38,845 nucleotides of DNA from a virus. Its lineage: Duplodnaviria; Caudoviricetes. The DNA lies in IMG/VR virus record IMGVR_UViG_3300020045_007055, positions 1-38,845 of that record; one strand, 5' to 3'. The notes beneath the pieces were generated by a model. The model saw only the letters and a program-made list of their open reading frames with translations, ran no database searches and was not told where the DNA came from. Shown here in pieces: positions 25,984 through 34,920 of this stretch. Every line of letters starts with the position of its first letter. Position 1 is the stretch's first letter. The position numbers were made by a program, and so were the translations under genes.

Positions 25984-27462
25984 ATGGCAGTCATTGACTC
26001 AGGATCATCTTCCGCAGGAAAGGTAAACGTGGACGCTGGGTTTAACCTAAACGTCACGCTTCCAACAAACGATGCGTACACGGGAAAAGTGCGCATGATG
26101 AGTGAGAACGACGCAGGGGAGATTACAGGATCGCCATTTTTAAAAAGCCCTGAAACATCGCCAGACTATCGGTTGCGTGTAGGCGTGGACACATTACTAT
26201 TTGAGGATTCATTTAATGCCGCCGCACAGAATACAAACCTCTGGGCGTATACGTTCGCAACGCTCACAGCTGCACAGCCCGGGGCTGGAACAGTAAACTT
26301 CTCTACGGTGCAGGGCACGACAAGCGCACATGGTGCGTTCATGCGCACGTTCCAACACTTTCCATTGACGAATACGGCGCCGCTCGCAATTGAATTCATG
26401 GGGGGGTCTTTCATTGCGCCGCTCGTGGCAAACGAAAACTGGCTTGCTGGCATTGGCTTGCCTTCATCAGCAGTCGCACGACCTACTGATGGCGTATGGT
26501 TTAAGCTCACGACAGCGGGCCTTGAAGGCGTACAGGCATTTAACGGAACAGAAACGTCGACTGGTGTCTTATATCCGTTTGAATCAATTCAGACAGGCGT
26601 AATGGGTAAATATCTCATTGTAATTGGTGAGCGTGAAATTGAATTCTGGGTTGATGATATATTATTGGGTGAATTGGAAATTCCAACTGGCAATGCGGTC
26701 CCGTGGCTCGGTGTGTCAGCTCCTGTTTTCTTGATGAAATACAACACTGGCGCTGTTTCAAATACAAACCAAATGCGCGTTGCACGTATCGGAGTATCTT
26801 TAATCGATCTCCAGAGCAATCGTACATGGGCAACAACAAAGGGCGCATCTGGGTGCAGTCTGTCTGTTGGTCAGAACGGCTACGCAATGGGTAACACGGG
26901 CGGGAATGTAGGCACAACGTCTGCTATTGCGGGAACGCAGGCCGGGTCAAATACAGCGCCAAACGCCGTCATGGCTGGGTTGGGTGGTATTTTTCAGATG
27001 ACTGCACAGGCCAGCGCCGCTGGGGCATCTGGTGACATGATCGCGTCGTATTACCTCAATCCGATTCCGACAATAAATATCACGGGGCGCAATTACTTGG
27101 TTTACGGATGCAAGATAACGGCTATCAACTACGGTGCAGTTGTGGCGACAACGCCAACAACACTCATTTGGGGCTTGGCATATGGCCATACGAATGTGTC
27201 GCTAGCGACAACAGACACAGGTTCATTCGTGACAGCGACAACGCACTCGCCACGTCACATCATGCTTGGGTCAAACTACGTGCCTGTTGGTGCTGTTGTT
27301 GGTCAGCCATATGATAAGGAGATATTGATGCGCTTTGATGGGTGTCCGATTGTTGTCCGTCCGGGGGAATATTTAGCAACAACAGTACGCTTTATCGTGG
27401 GTACAGCCACCGCATCGCAGACGGTACTTTATACCGTTACATTTGATGGCCACTTTGAATAA
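25984..27462 (+). CDS. Virion structural protein (beta-rich, possible receptor binding)
   Basis: 492 aa, lectin-like middle region, in the tail operon. Confidence 0.7.
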   Translation: MAVIDSGSSSAGKVNVDAGFNLNVTLPTNDAYTGKVRMMSENDAGEITGSPFLKSPETSPDYRLRVGVDTLLFEDSFNAAAQNTNLWAYTFATLTAAQPGAGTVNFSTVQGTTSAHGAFMRTFQHFPLTNTAPLAIEFMGGSFIAPLVANENWLAGIGLPSSAVARPTDGVWFKLTTAGLEGVQAFNGTETSTGVLYPFESIQTGVMGKYLIVIGEREIEFWVDDILLGELEIPTGNAVPWLGVSAPVFLMKYNTGAVSNTNQMRVARIGVSLIDLQSNRTWATTKGASGCSLSVGQNGYAMGNTGGNVGTTSAIAGTQAGSNTAPNAVMAGLGGIFQMTAQASAAGASGDMIASYYLNPIPTINITGRNYLVYGCKITAINYGAVVATTPTTLIWGLAYGHTNVSLATTDTGSFVTATTHSPRHIMLGSNYVPVGAVVGQPYDKEILMRFDGCPIVVRPGEYLATTVRFIVGTATASQTVLYTVTFDGHFE

Positions 27463-27465
27463 TCT

Positions 27466-27669
27466 ATGAATCAATCCGCACCTCTTGGCGCGAAGCCAAC
27501 AACAGCATCAAGCATCGTTGACGCATACCTCGCGCCACAGCAGTCAGCCACTGTGTCAAGTGAAATGTACGATCAGCAAAAACAGCAGACGATGGATCGT
27601 TTGATGAAGCTCCAAAATAAACAATCGTACATGCAGCGGTCCGGCATGGCGCCTCCTCCACAAATCTAA
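27466..27669 (+). CDS. Small Gln-rich protein (possible ejection protein)
   Basis: TAATCTATG junction shared with the neighbouring genes. Confidence 0.6.
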   Translation: MNQSAPLGAKPTTASSIVDAYLAPQQSATVSSEMYDQQKQQTMDRLMKLQNKQSYMQRSGMAPPPQI

Positions 27670-27674
27670 TCTAT

Positions 27675-30407
27675 ATGGCAACAACACAAACACCACCAGT
27701 CACAAATGGGCAAAACGGTAATATCACCGTGCCTATTCAGTCAACGGGAGGGTACACGCAGGCACAGGTGTCGGATTTAGCAAAAGCGAATCCGGGGCAG
27801 GTGGTGCAGGGCGCACAAACCGGATCGACAGTTGGCGGTCAGGGCTTGCCTCCAGTTGCCACGTACGCGCAGTCATACACGGCGCCGGCAGTCAGCCCGG
27901 ATGCGCAGAAGTTCCTCGACCAACAAAAGCAATACGAGGCGAACACACAGCAAGCCATTTTAAATCAGCAGAACGCGAACAAAGTCGCGACAGCCTCTGG
28001 CACTACTTCCTATTTCGATTCCGCCAGCGGCACGTGGAAGTCAGGCTCTAGCCCACAGACACAAGCGGTTCAGCAGCAGGTCGCGACGCAGTCGAGTGGC
28101 ACAGCCGGCACGGGTGCGACAACATCGACTACGGACGCGAATTACGCGAACGATCCGCGCATGAAGATACTTGACCAACAGGCCGAGTACATCAAAAATA
28201 GTTTGAATAACCAGCAGCAGGCACTCAATGCGCAGTTCGATCAGAAGATACGAGCCGCAGCAGCGCAGCAAAAATCAGAATCTGGCCAGAGTTCAATGAC
28301 GCTCGCTCGCATGGGTGCAATGGGTACAACGGCATCCGGTGTCAGCTACATGCAGTCACTCGATGCACAGCACGCATCTACCATCAGCCAGATGGAGCAG
28401 GAACGACAGGCGTCTCTCATGCTGGCGCAAAATGCCGCAGATAGCCAATTGCTTGATCTTGCAGCGAAGCGTTTAGATGCCGTCGATGAAATTGACGCGA
28501 AGTACGAGAAGGCGCAGGCGAACAGGCTCGCGCAGCTATCCAAATATCAGGACGTGCAGGGCAAGAGCTATGACGCGCTCGCGGAAGCGGGAAAAACACT
28601 CGAAGATTTCCCTGAGGGATTTTTTGCGCACCAGGATGAGGTGCTGAATTCTTACGGCATCCAAGTGCCAGCAGGTACATCTGAGGCGCTGTTTGTTGCG
28701 TCACAGAAGGCGAATGAGGCCGCAAAAGCAGAAACTATCGCCGATCAGACGGACAAGGCAACAGCCGTCGCAAAGGATATCCAAAGCATCATGTCGAATA
28801 TGATGCCTGGCCAAGCCGTGCCAATTGGGTCCGGCACGTATTTCAACACCTCCGGGAGTGCCATTATTGAGGCAGACGCGAAAGGCATTGCGCGCATGAG
28901 CATCACGAAAGCGGATGGCACACAGGAGATCAAAAATCTTGGTCCTGTTGGGAAGGCGAGTGATCTCACGCGTGAAATGCATAATGGTAAAGAGATGCTT
29001 TTCAATAAGACGACGCAAACATACACAGATATTTCCGGCGAGCCGTCGTTACGCGACACGATGATTAAGTTTTTCCCGAGTGGCAAAAAACCGCCTATCG
29101 GCAACGGCCAATGCGGGAATTCTTGGAATCTCGTTACCGGTGGGAAAGCGGGGAGAGTCGGTGATTCGCTTGAATCTAAAGTTGCGCTCACAGATCCATC
29201 GCTGAATATCTACCAGCTCGTACCTGGCGATTCATTCGTCATGTCAACAAATAAGCCATACGGTCATATTGGATTCATCAACCATATTGATCGTTTGGAC
29301 GATGGCCGATTGCAGTACACGTTGAGTGAAAGCAATTGGGACGGACAGGGCACGTGGACGAACGAGCGCAAGATGTTCTCTGATGATCCACGGTTGAAAG
29401 GATATATCTCTACACATGACAAGCTACCTGCTGAAATGATGGCAGAGACGATTGGTGGAGAGGGTGTGCCTATGCAAACAGATGTACCAGACGATTCATC
29501 CAATGGGTTCACAATTCCTAATAACCCGCTTACCGCGTTTTCTGGTACGATGAAAGAATTTGATACTGCTAAGAAAGCAGAGGAACAGGCGGTACTCGCG
29601 GCAAAATCACTTGTGTCCAAAGATTTGAAGATTACGGAAGTTCCCGCTGGTGTCCGAGGACGTGCGCTTGAAATTGCAAAAGCAAATGGATATAACCAAG
29701 AGGAAGGCGAGGCATCAGAAAATCCATTTGCGAAAGGATTGATCGACGGCACGATCAAGCTGACTGAAATCCCTATGGCTTCACGAAGAGAGGCGCTGTC
29801 ATTAGCGCAAAAAGCCGGGTATACACCAAAGGGAAACAAGAAATTTCAAGACATGAGCGAGACAGCAAAAAATGAGTTTACAGATCTGCTCACCATGGAG
29901 GATCAGATCAATAATATTGAGGCGTTTAAGACAACTGGAGCTGAAGGAAAAGAACAAGACACTGGTCCACTCGCGGCAGGGACAAACGCAATACGTGGTT
30001 GGTTCAATATGGCAGATCAAAATTTGCTTGATATAGACTCAATCACGCAGGATTTGAAATCGAATATCATGAAACAGCGCTCAGGCGCAGCGGTACACGA
30101 ATCAGAAGTCAAACGCTTGTCGAAGTTTATCCCGAGCGTTTCTGATAACGATCAAGCCTTCAACACGAAGCTCGCGCACTTAAAAGAGACGTATAAAACG
30201 ATGCTTGAAAATCAAGCTAAGCTCCATGGTTTTTCTGATTTAGCATCATTCAAAAAGGAGTTCGGCATTGGTACGCAGGACCCCGGCACGGAGGAAACTA
30301 ACGCTACACCTACCGCCGATCTATCTGTAACAACGCCGGATGGGCAGACATTCACGTTCAGCTCGCAAGCAGATCTCGAAAACTTTAAGAAACAAGCAGG
30401 GCTCTAA
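27675..30407 (+). CDS. Internal virion (ejection) protein with an embedded CHAP amidase domain
   Basis: Gln/Ala coiled-coil N-half; GQCGN...PGDSFV....PYGHIGFI...LSESNW is the CHAP Cys-His-Glu pattern. Confidence 0.8.
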   Translation: MATTQTPPVTNGQNGNITVPIQSTGGYTQAQVSDLAKANPGQVVQGAQTGSTVGGQGLPPVATYAQSYTAPAVSPDAQKFLDQQKQYEANTQQAILNQQNANKVATASGTTSYFDSASGTWKSGSSPQTQAVQQQVATQSSGTAGTGATTSTTDANYANDPRMKILDQQAEYIKNSLNNQQQALNAQFDQKIRAAAAQQKSESGQSSMTLARMGAMGTTASGVSYMQSLDAQHASTISQMEQERQASLMLAQNAADSQLLDLAAKRLDAVDEIDAKYEKAQANRLAQLSKYQDVQGKSYDALAEAGKTLEDFPEGFFAHQDEVLNSYGIQVPAGTSEALFVASQKANEAAKAETIADQTDKATAVAKDIQSIMSNMMPGQAVPIGSGTYFNTSGSAIIEADAKGIARMSITKADGTQEIKNLGPVGKASDLTREMHNGKEMLFNKTTQTYTDISGEPSLRDTMIKFFPSGKKPPIGNGQCGNSWNLVTGGKAGRVGDSLESKVALTDPSLNIYQLVPGDSFVMSTNKPYGHIGFINHIDRLDDGRLQYTLSESNWDGQGTWTNERKMFSDDPRLKGYISTHDKLPAEMMAETIGGEGVPMQTDVPDDSSNGFTIPNNPLTAFSGTMKEFDTAKKAEEQAVLAAKSLVSKDLKITEVPAGVRGRALEIAKANGYNQEEGEASENPFAKGLIDGTIKLTEIPMASRREALSLAQKAGYTPKGNKKFQDMSETAKNEFTDLLTMEDQINNIEAFKTTGAEGKEQDTGPLAAGTNAIRGWFNMADQNLLDIDSITQDLKSNIMKQRSGAAVHESEVKRLSKFIPSVSDNDQAFNTKLAHLKETYKTMLENQAKLHGFSDLASFKKEFGIGTQDPGTEETNATPTADLSVTTPDGQTFTFSSQADLENFKKQAGL

Positions 30408-30412
30408 AATCT

Positions 30413-33262
30413 ATGGCAATCGACTACGCGGCCTTAGCCAAGAAAAATGGAGGCGCAGTCAAGACTGATTACACGGCCTTGGCAAAACAATTCAACGGTA
30501 CGGCACAGTCTGCACCAAAGCCAACGCCCGCGACGGACGGGACATTGGACTATCTGAAGACGACTAATGCGCCGCAGGGTGCATGGGACATTGCGAAGGG
30601 GTTTGCAAAGACAGCCATTGAAAAGCCGTTCAATGCCGCTAAACTTGGCATGTCGAACGCAGCGCAAACAGCAGTGGACTATTTCCCCATTGGTTTTGAC
30701 CGTGAGAAACGAGATGTTCTTACGTTAGGCGAAGCCATCAAGCGCGACATGGGCACGCTCGCATCGTACTTGTCGCCTGAAAAGAAAAAGGAACTTCACG
30801 ATAAAGCGCAGGAGGTTCAGGCTGGGCTTCAGAAAGGCGCGACGCCATTTGCGCTCTTGGAACGTAATAACGCCGGTGAGCGCATGGGTGAATTCGTCGA
30901 GCGTACGGGGGAAATGATTGCAGCTGGTGGCATGTTCAATGCTGCTCCTACGACAGGCATGGCACGTCTTCCGGCTATCTTGCAGAATTCGCTCGTGACT
31001 GAGGCGACGACCGCACTCCAAAAAGGGGATATCACGCCGGAGGATCTAATGGGGTCTGTAGCATTCGGAGGCATGACGCAGCTTGGGGCAATCCCAAATG
31101 CGCTTTTTGGTACGGATCAGGCCATTGGCGCTATAAAGTCAGCCAAGGAGGGAAATTACGAGCAGGCCATTCAGGAGGGTGTGATGGGTGCTATGGGTAT
31201 TCACGGAGCCATGAAACAGCGCGGCATGATACTTGATAGGCCGATAGGCGATATTGGCCCTGTGCCAGCGCCAAAAGCCTCTGGGACACGATACGCGTCG
31301 GCATTTGAGCCGGAGGGAAATATCATCAATAGATTTGGGAAAAAACAGCAAATGGCTATTATTAAGCCAACGCGAAAAGACATTGACAATGGGTTCGATG
31401 TCAACACGCTTACTGAGTTTGGTCTGGGAGGATCAACAGACAAAATGTGGGTCAAGACGAATGCGAAGATCGCTGAATATGGCGAGCACCTGGCTAAGAT
31501 CAGACAAGAGTGGGGCGATCCAATGGTTATTGACATGCACAAGGCGTATCAAGATACGGTTGCTGATCTAACGGCTAAAGGAAAGAGCTTTCATCAGGAG
31601 GAGACGCAAAATGCCTTAAATAAAATGGCACGTGAGATTGAGCTGAATCATCCTGAATGGAAAGATCAAAAGGTTTCATTTAACGATGGATGGAATGCCA
31701 AACTTCAGTCGGGAGACGAGGCAGCGTTTCATAGTGATCCAATGAAGCGCGGCACGGAGTCGCCACAAGAGGAGGCGTGGAATACGCTATATCGTAAGTT
31801 AAAATTGCAGCTTGAGGAAAACGCACCGCCAGAATATAAGCAGGTAAATGAGGCACTCACAAAACTGATTCCTGTGCGCCAAACACTCTTCCGTGCGTTG
31901 AATCAAGAGGGGCGCAATCACGTCCTGTCACTCCACGATGTGATTGCTGGCGCGGCGATTACAGCACATCCAAGCGCCGCAGCGTTTGCTATTACACAGA
32001 AACTCTTGCGGAATGGTGGTATTGCGGGTTTTCTCGCTGGTCTTGGCCGTTCCAAGACTGCATTCAAGCCAGGGGAAATATCAAAACGTCCTCAGTATCT
32101 CACGCTTCCGCCAGGTAAGACGCAGTATGCGGGTCCGGCAACAACACCGACCGGCGAATCACGCCTTATGTCGCAAGGTGAGGCGGTCCAATCCTACCGT
32201 GAGCAGGGGTCAGCCATGGGTCTGACAAAGGAGGAACATATGGCAGCAGCGCAACCGAAGTCGGTATTTGCAACACTGGAAGCTGCACAAAAACCAGAAT
32301 CAATGCCAGCAATGTTGCCATCGGAATTGGCGTCACTTGAATCGAGCTACAATGGCGGAGATACAGCGCGGATCGCGGCGCGGAATATCCAACAGAGCAT
32401 CAAACAGGAAAACGCGCAGATACGCGAACAGACGCAGGCTGAACGCCAACAGCAGGCACAAGCGTTTAACGAATCGCGCAATCCATACTTGGATAATCCG
32501 CGTGTGCTTGGTGCTATCAAGGCACATGCTGAATATCGCCGTGAAGGCAGGGTCAAGGATACGATGGGCGAGGGTGCTATTTATGAACGCGATGGTAAAT
32601 ATCGAATTGCCAGTACACCAGCCGAAAAAGAGGCGCTATCATCATTAGGGTTCAAGAACAGTGGTATTGGCGTGGATTCGCTCGCGGAGGAAGCCGGATT
32701 CACGAATGGCGAGGAGTATCTGAATGCGGTGTTAAAGCAGGCGGAGGGAGCGAAGATGTATGGAAAACCCATAGACACGAGCGGCTATACACCGGCGTCA
32801 AAATTGCTTGAATCGGCTTTTAACGCTTCAAGAAATATTGACAACATATATAAAGATTTTGACTTAGGTTCTTTTGGAAGAAACCATCAGGATAGAAAAA
32901 TCGCCGAAGGTAAGTTTGACAGATTCCCTGAATCTGAGCTTGTAGATACATTAAAAAATGCTGAGCCATTTTCCCGTGGGTCAAATGATCCAAGTAATTA
33001 TCGTGTTGATAACACTATTTGGATAGCTGAGATGCCTAATGGCGAAACACGTGCTATTTATACAAGAAAAAATAAAGCCGGAAATAATGAAATTGTTAAC
33101 TGGCACGAAATACCGGAAACAAAAAAGGACAGCTATTTATTCAAACTGTCCACTTTTGGTGTCCCCAATGGGATTCAAACCCATATTGACGGCTTAGAAG
33201 GCCATGCGCCTATTCAGTTGGCGGATGGGGACAGCCAAAGTATAGCACCCAGCGCAGAATAA
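30413..33262 (+). CDS. Large internal virion (ejection) protein with a putative C-terminal RNase-toxin-like domain
   Basis: MAIDYAALAKK repeat N-terminus, Ala/Gly helical body, last gene of the structural operon, compositionally distinct C-terminal alpha+beta domain. Confidence 0.75.
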   Translation: MAIDYAALAKKNGGAVKTDYTALAKQFNGTAQSAPKPTPATDGTLDYLKTTNAPQGAWDIAKGFAKTAIEKPFNAAKLGMSNAAQTAVDYFPIGFDREKRDVLTLGEAIKRDMGTLASYLSPEKKKELHDKAQEVQAGLQKGATPFALLERNNAGERMGEFVERTGEMIAAGGMFNAAPTTGMARLPAILQNSLVTEATTALQKGDITPEDLMGSVAFGGMTQLGAIPNALFGTDQAIGAIKSAKEGNYEQAIQEGVMGAMGIHGAMKQRGMILDRPIGDIGPVPAPKASGTRYASAFEPEGNIINRFGKKQQMAIIKPTRKDIDNGFDVNTLTEFGLGGSTDKMWVKTNAKIAEYGEHLAKIRQEWGDPMVIDMHKAYQDTVADLTAKGKSFHQEETQNALNKMAREIELNHPEWKDQKVSFNDGWNAKLQSGDEAAFHSDPMKRGTESPQEEAWNTLYRKLKLQLEENAPPEYKQVNEALTKLIPVRQTLFRALNQEGRNHVLSLHDVIAGAAITAHPSAAAFAITQKLLRNGGIAGFLAGLGRSKTAFKPGEISKRPQYLTLPPGKTQYAGPATTPTGESRLMSQGEAVQSYREQGSAMGLTKEEHMAAAQPKSVFATLEAAQKPESMPAMLPSELASLESSYNGGDTARIAARNIQQSIKQENAQIREQTQAERQQQAQAFNESRNPYLDNPRVLGAIKAHAEYRREGRVKDTMGEGAIYERDGKYRIASTPAEKEALSSLGFKNSGIGVDSLAEEAGFTNGEEYLNAVLKQAEGAKMYGKPIDTSGYTPASKLLESAFNASRNIDNIYKDFDLGSFGRNHQDRKIAEGKFDRFPESELVDTLKNAEPFSRGSNDPSNYRVDNTIWIAEMPNGETRAIYTRKNKAGNNEIVNWHEIPETKKDSYLFKLSTFGVPNGIQTHIDGLEGHAPIQLADGDSQSIAPSAE
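33121..33151 (-). terminator. Intrinsic terminator of the nested tRNA
   Basis: Minus strand GGACAGTT-TGAATAAAT-AGCTGTCC-TTTTTT, 5 nt after the tRNA CCA. Confidence 0.75.
33157..33232 (-). tRNA. tRNA-Arg (anticodon TCT), antisense inside CDS 30413..33262
   Basis: GTCCCCA TC CGCC AACTGAATA GGCG C ATGGC CTTCTAA GCCGT CAAT ATGGG TTTGAAT CCCAT TGGGGAC A CCA: 76 nt, all four stems paired, encoded CCA. Confidence 0.9.
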
Positions 33263-33267
33263 GTAAA
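33239..33267 (-). promoter_or_regulatory. sigma70 promoter of the nested tRNA
   Basis: TTTACT-17 nt-TATACT with extended TG (TGCTATACT); 6 nt separate the -10 box from tRNA base 1. Confidence 0.8.
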
Positions 33268-33269
33268 CT

Positions 33270-33300
33270 AAAAACATCCGCCTTGCCAGCGGATGTTTTT
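33270..33300. terminator. Bidirectional intrinsic terminator between convergent operons
   Basis: AAAAACATCCGC-CTTGCCA-GCGGATGTTTTT. Confidence 0.9.
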
Positions 33301-33344
33301 CTATTCCTCAATCCACACGCACCAAAGCAGAAACAGCACAGCGA

Positions 33345-33596
33345 TTATTGCTGCGACCATACAACGCCGACCCAGTAGCCGCAGGTCACGGTTATCGCGA
33401 ACGCGCATAAGAAAATCTCGACCCATGACATCTTGGACTCCTCTTTGCTCCTAAGCACACCGCCTACAACCAAGAGTACACCCATAAGCACCATCACAAA
33501 TGGCCATATGGCGATTCTTAGCATGGGATACAGCAGCCCCTCGCGCGTCTGGTACACGAGCGCGAGTGCGATGATACATAATAGGAATATAATCAT
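33345..33596 (-). CDS. Small membrane protein
   Basis: Three hydrophobic segments. Confidence 0.55.
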   Translation of the reverse strand: MIIFLLCIIALALVYQTREGLLYPMLRIAIWPFVMVLMGVLLVVGGVLRSKEESKMSWVEIFLCAFAITVTCGYWVGVVWSQQ

Positions 33597-33629
33597 ATAA
33601 ATATATTAGATACTAAAAAGAGGATTTTG

Positions 33630-33986
33630 TCAATCCTCTTCGCCTGACACCATGCGTTTCGCGTCCTCCGCGTATGTTGTCGTGTCCTGTACGTTCGATG
33701 CTGTTGCCATCCATGTGTTCAGATACGCGTGTAGCTCTGCCAGACCGATTACTTTGCCTCGTAGCACGTCTGAATCAGCGTCACGAAGAATTTTCTGCGC
33801 TGATCCGTTCACAACGCTCTTAAACGCGAATTGGAATAGCTCTGATTCGAGGATGCGTTTTGCCTGGCGCTTCCATGCGTTTTTCCTGTTTTCCGTCATC
33901 CGTGGCATCACAGGCGGGTCGATAAGCACTTCGCGCATCATCTCCGTCGTGATATCTCGCACGATTCGTTTTGTTATTTGTTGCAT
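33630..33986 (-). CDS. Hypothetical protein
   Basis: 118 aa, overlaps the upstream stop. Confidence 0.7.
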   Translation of the reverse strand: MQQITKRIVRDITTEMMREVLIDPPVMPRMTENRKNAWKRQAKRILESELFQFAFKSVVNGSAQKILRDADSDVLRGKVIGLAELHAYLNTWMATASNVQDTTTYAEDAKRMVSGEED

Positions 33987-34231
33987 ATTTTCTTTATAGT
34001 TCGTGGCATCGTCCGCAGATTTTCTGCTGCTTGTTTACGGTGTTTTTCAATCGCTCGCTCGCGGAACTTCCCCGGTGCAATCCCAGCGACTAGCGCTCTC
34101 TCAGTGTAGTCGCGGACGGGCATGGGCGCACTATATGCACCACATGCATCACACTTATGCGTGACTTCACCGTCCTCCATGTGCCGCACGAGCTGGTATG
34201 CGTGTTGATTGTTGCAATTTGGACAGATCAT
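33974..34231 (-). CDS. Zn-ribbon protein
   Basis: CPNC...CDAC. Confidence 0.7.
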   Translation of the reverse strand: MICPNCNNQHAYQLVRHMEDGEVTHKCDACGAYSAPMPVRDYTERALVAGIAPGKFRERAIEKHRKQAAENLRTMPRTIKKICNK

Positions 34232-34234
34232 ATT

Positions 34235-34435
34235 TTACCAATATCCATGGGTTACGACTATCTTCGCCATCTCGTCTGCCTCACAGAGCGCCTTGTCGCG
34301 TATATGCCACGCGAGAGATGGCGTGTGGTATACACCTTGCAGGCTATCCATGTGCAAGAGCGCAGCATATACAACAGGCGCTTCCGCCATGATTGTTTTG
34401 CGCCATGCTGATATGGTTTGTTTAGTAGTTGGCAT
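34235..34435 (-). CDS. Hypothetical protein
   Basis: Packed ORF with A-rich leader. Confidence 0.6.
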   Translation of the reverse strand: MPTTKQTISAWRKTIMAEAPVVYAALLHMDSLQGVYHTPSLAWHIRDKALCEADEMAKIVVTHGYW

Positions 34436-34460
34436 ATTATTTCTCCGTGCGGCTCCTAGG

Positions 34461-34649
34461 TCACCTTAGTGGTAAATTCTCGCCGGACGTATATGGGGGT
34501 TGTGTATTCAGAATAACGCTCGGAGCTTTACGCACTTGCCCACATGTTGGACATGTCGGGAGTGTCTGTGCGCATGTTGGGCAGATGTGCGTTGCATTGG
34601 ATGAGTAAATAGAGAAAAGCCCACGGTCCCAATCTTGTCCTATTGTCAT
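34461..34649 (-). CDS. Small Cys-rich protein (CPTC x2)
   Basis: Start MTIGQ 1 nt after the previous stop. Confidence 0.6.
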   Translation of the reverse strand: MTIGQDWDRGLFSIYSSNATHICPTCAQTLPTCPTCGQVRKAPSVILNTQPPYTSGENLPLR

Positions 34650-34650
34650 A

Positions 34651-34920
34651 TTATTTCTCCGTGTTGTCATCTAGCCAATCAAAAAACTCGTCCACACGCA
34701 GGATGTTCCCCACCTGCTTTTTTATCGCCTCTGCCTGCTCCCTCGTAAACGTAACTTCTGGCTTGATCCAGTCGAGCTTGTCGGCGTCTGGCATATCCAT
34801 GAAAAAACTGCAATTCTTGTAATCAATCCTGAAGCAAAGAAAATAAGTGTTTAATACGTCCGCCACTTCCCACATCCACGGTCCGAGCTTAAATTTATCG
34901 CCTACAGAGACATTTTTCAT
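34651..34920 (-). CDS. Hypothetical protein
   Basis: 89-aa packed ORF. Confidence 0.65.
   Translation of the reverse strand: MKNVSVGDKFKLGPWMWEVADVLNTYFLCFRIDYKNCSFFMDMPDADKLDWIKPEVTFTREQAEAIKKQVGNILRVDEFFDWLDDNTEK

Noticed and set aside
8432-32778. Numerous minus-strand and alternate-frame ORFs overlapping structural genes
   Set aside because: They are shadow ORFs with no motifs or leaders, fully inside well-supported genes.
33157-33232. tRNA as an attP/integration remnant
   Set aside because: It is full length with its own promoter and terminator, there is no duplicated 3' fragment, and no integrase was recognised.
5377-33262. Alternative genetic code (stop-codon reassignment)
   Set aside because: Long genes are intact under code 11, and TGA/TAG stops coincide with the next gene starts.
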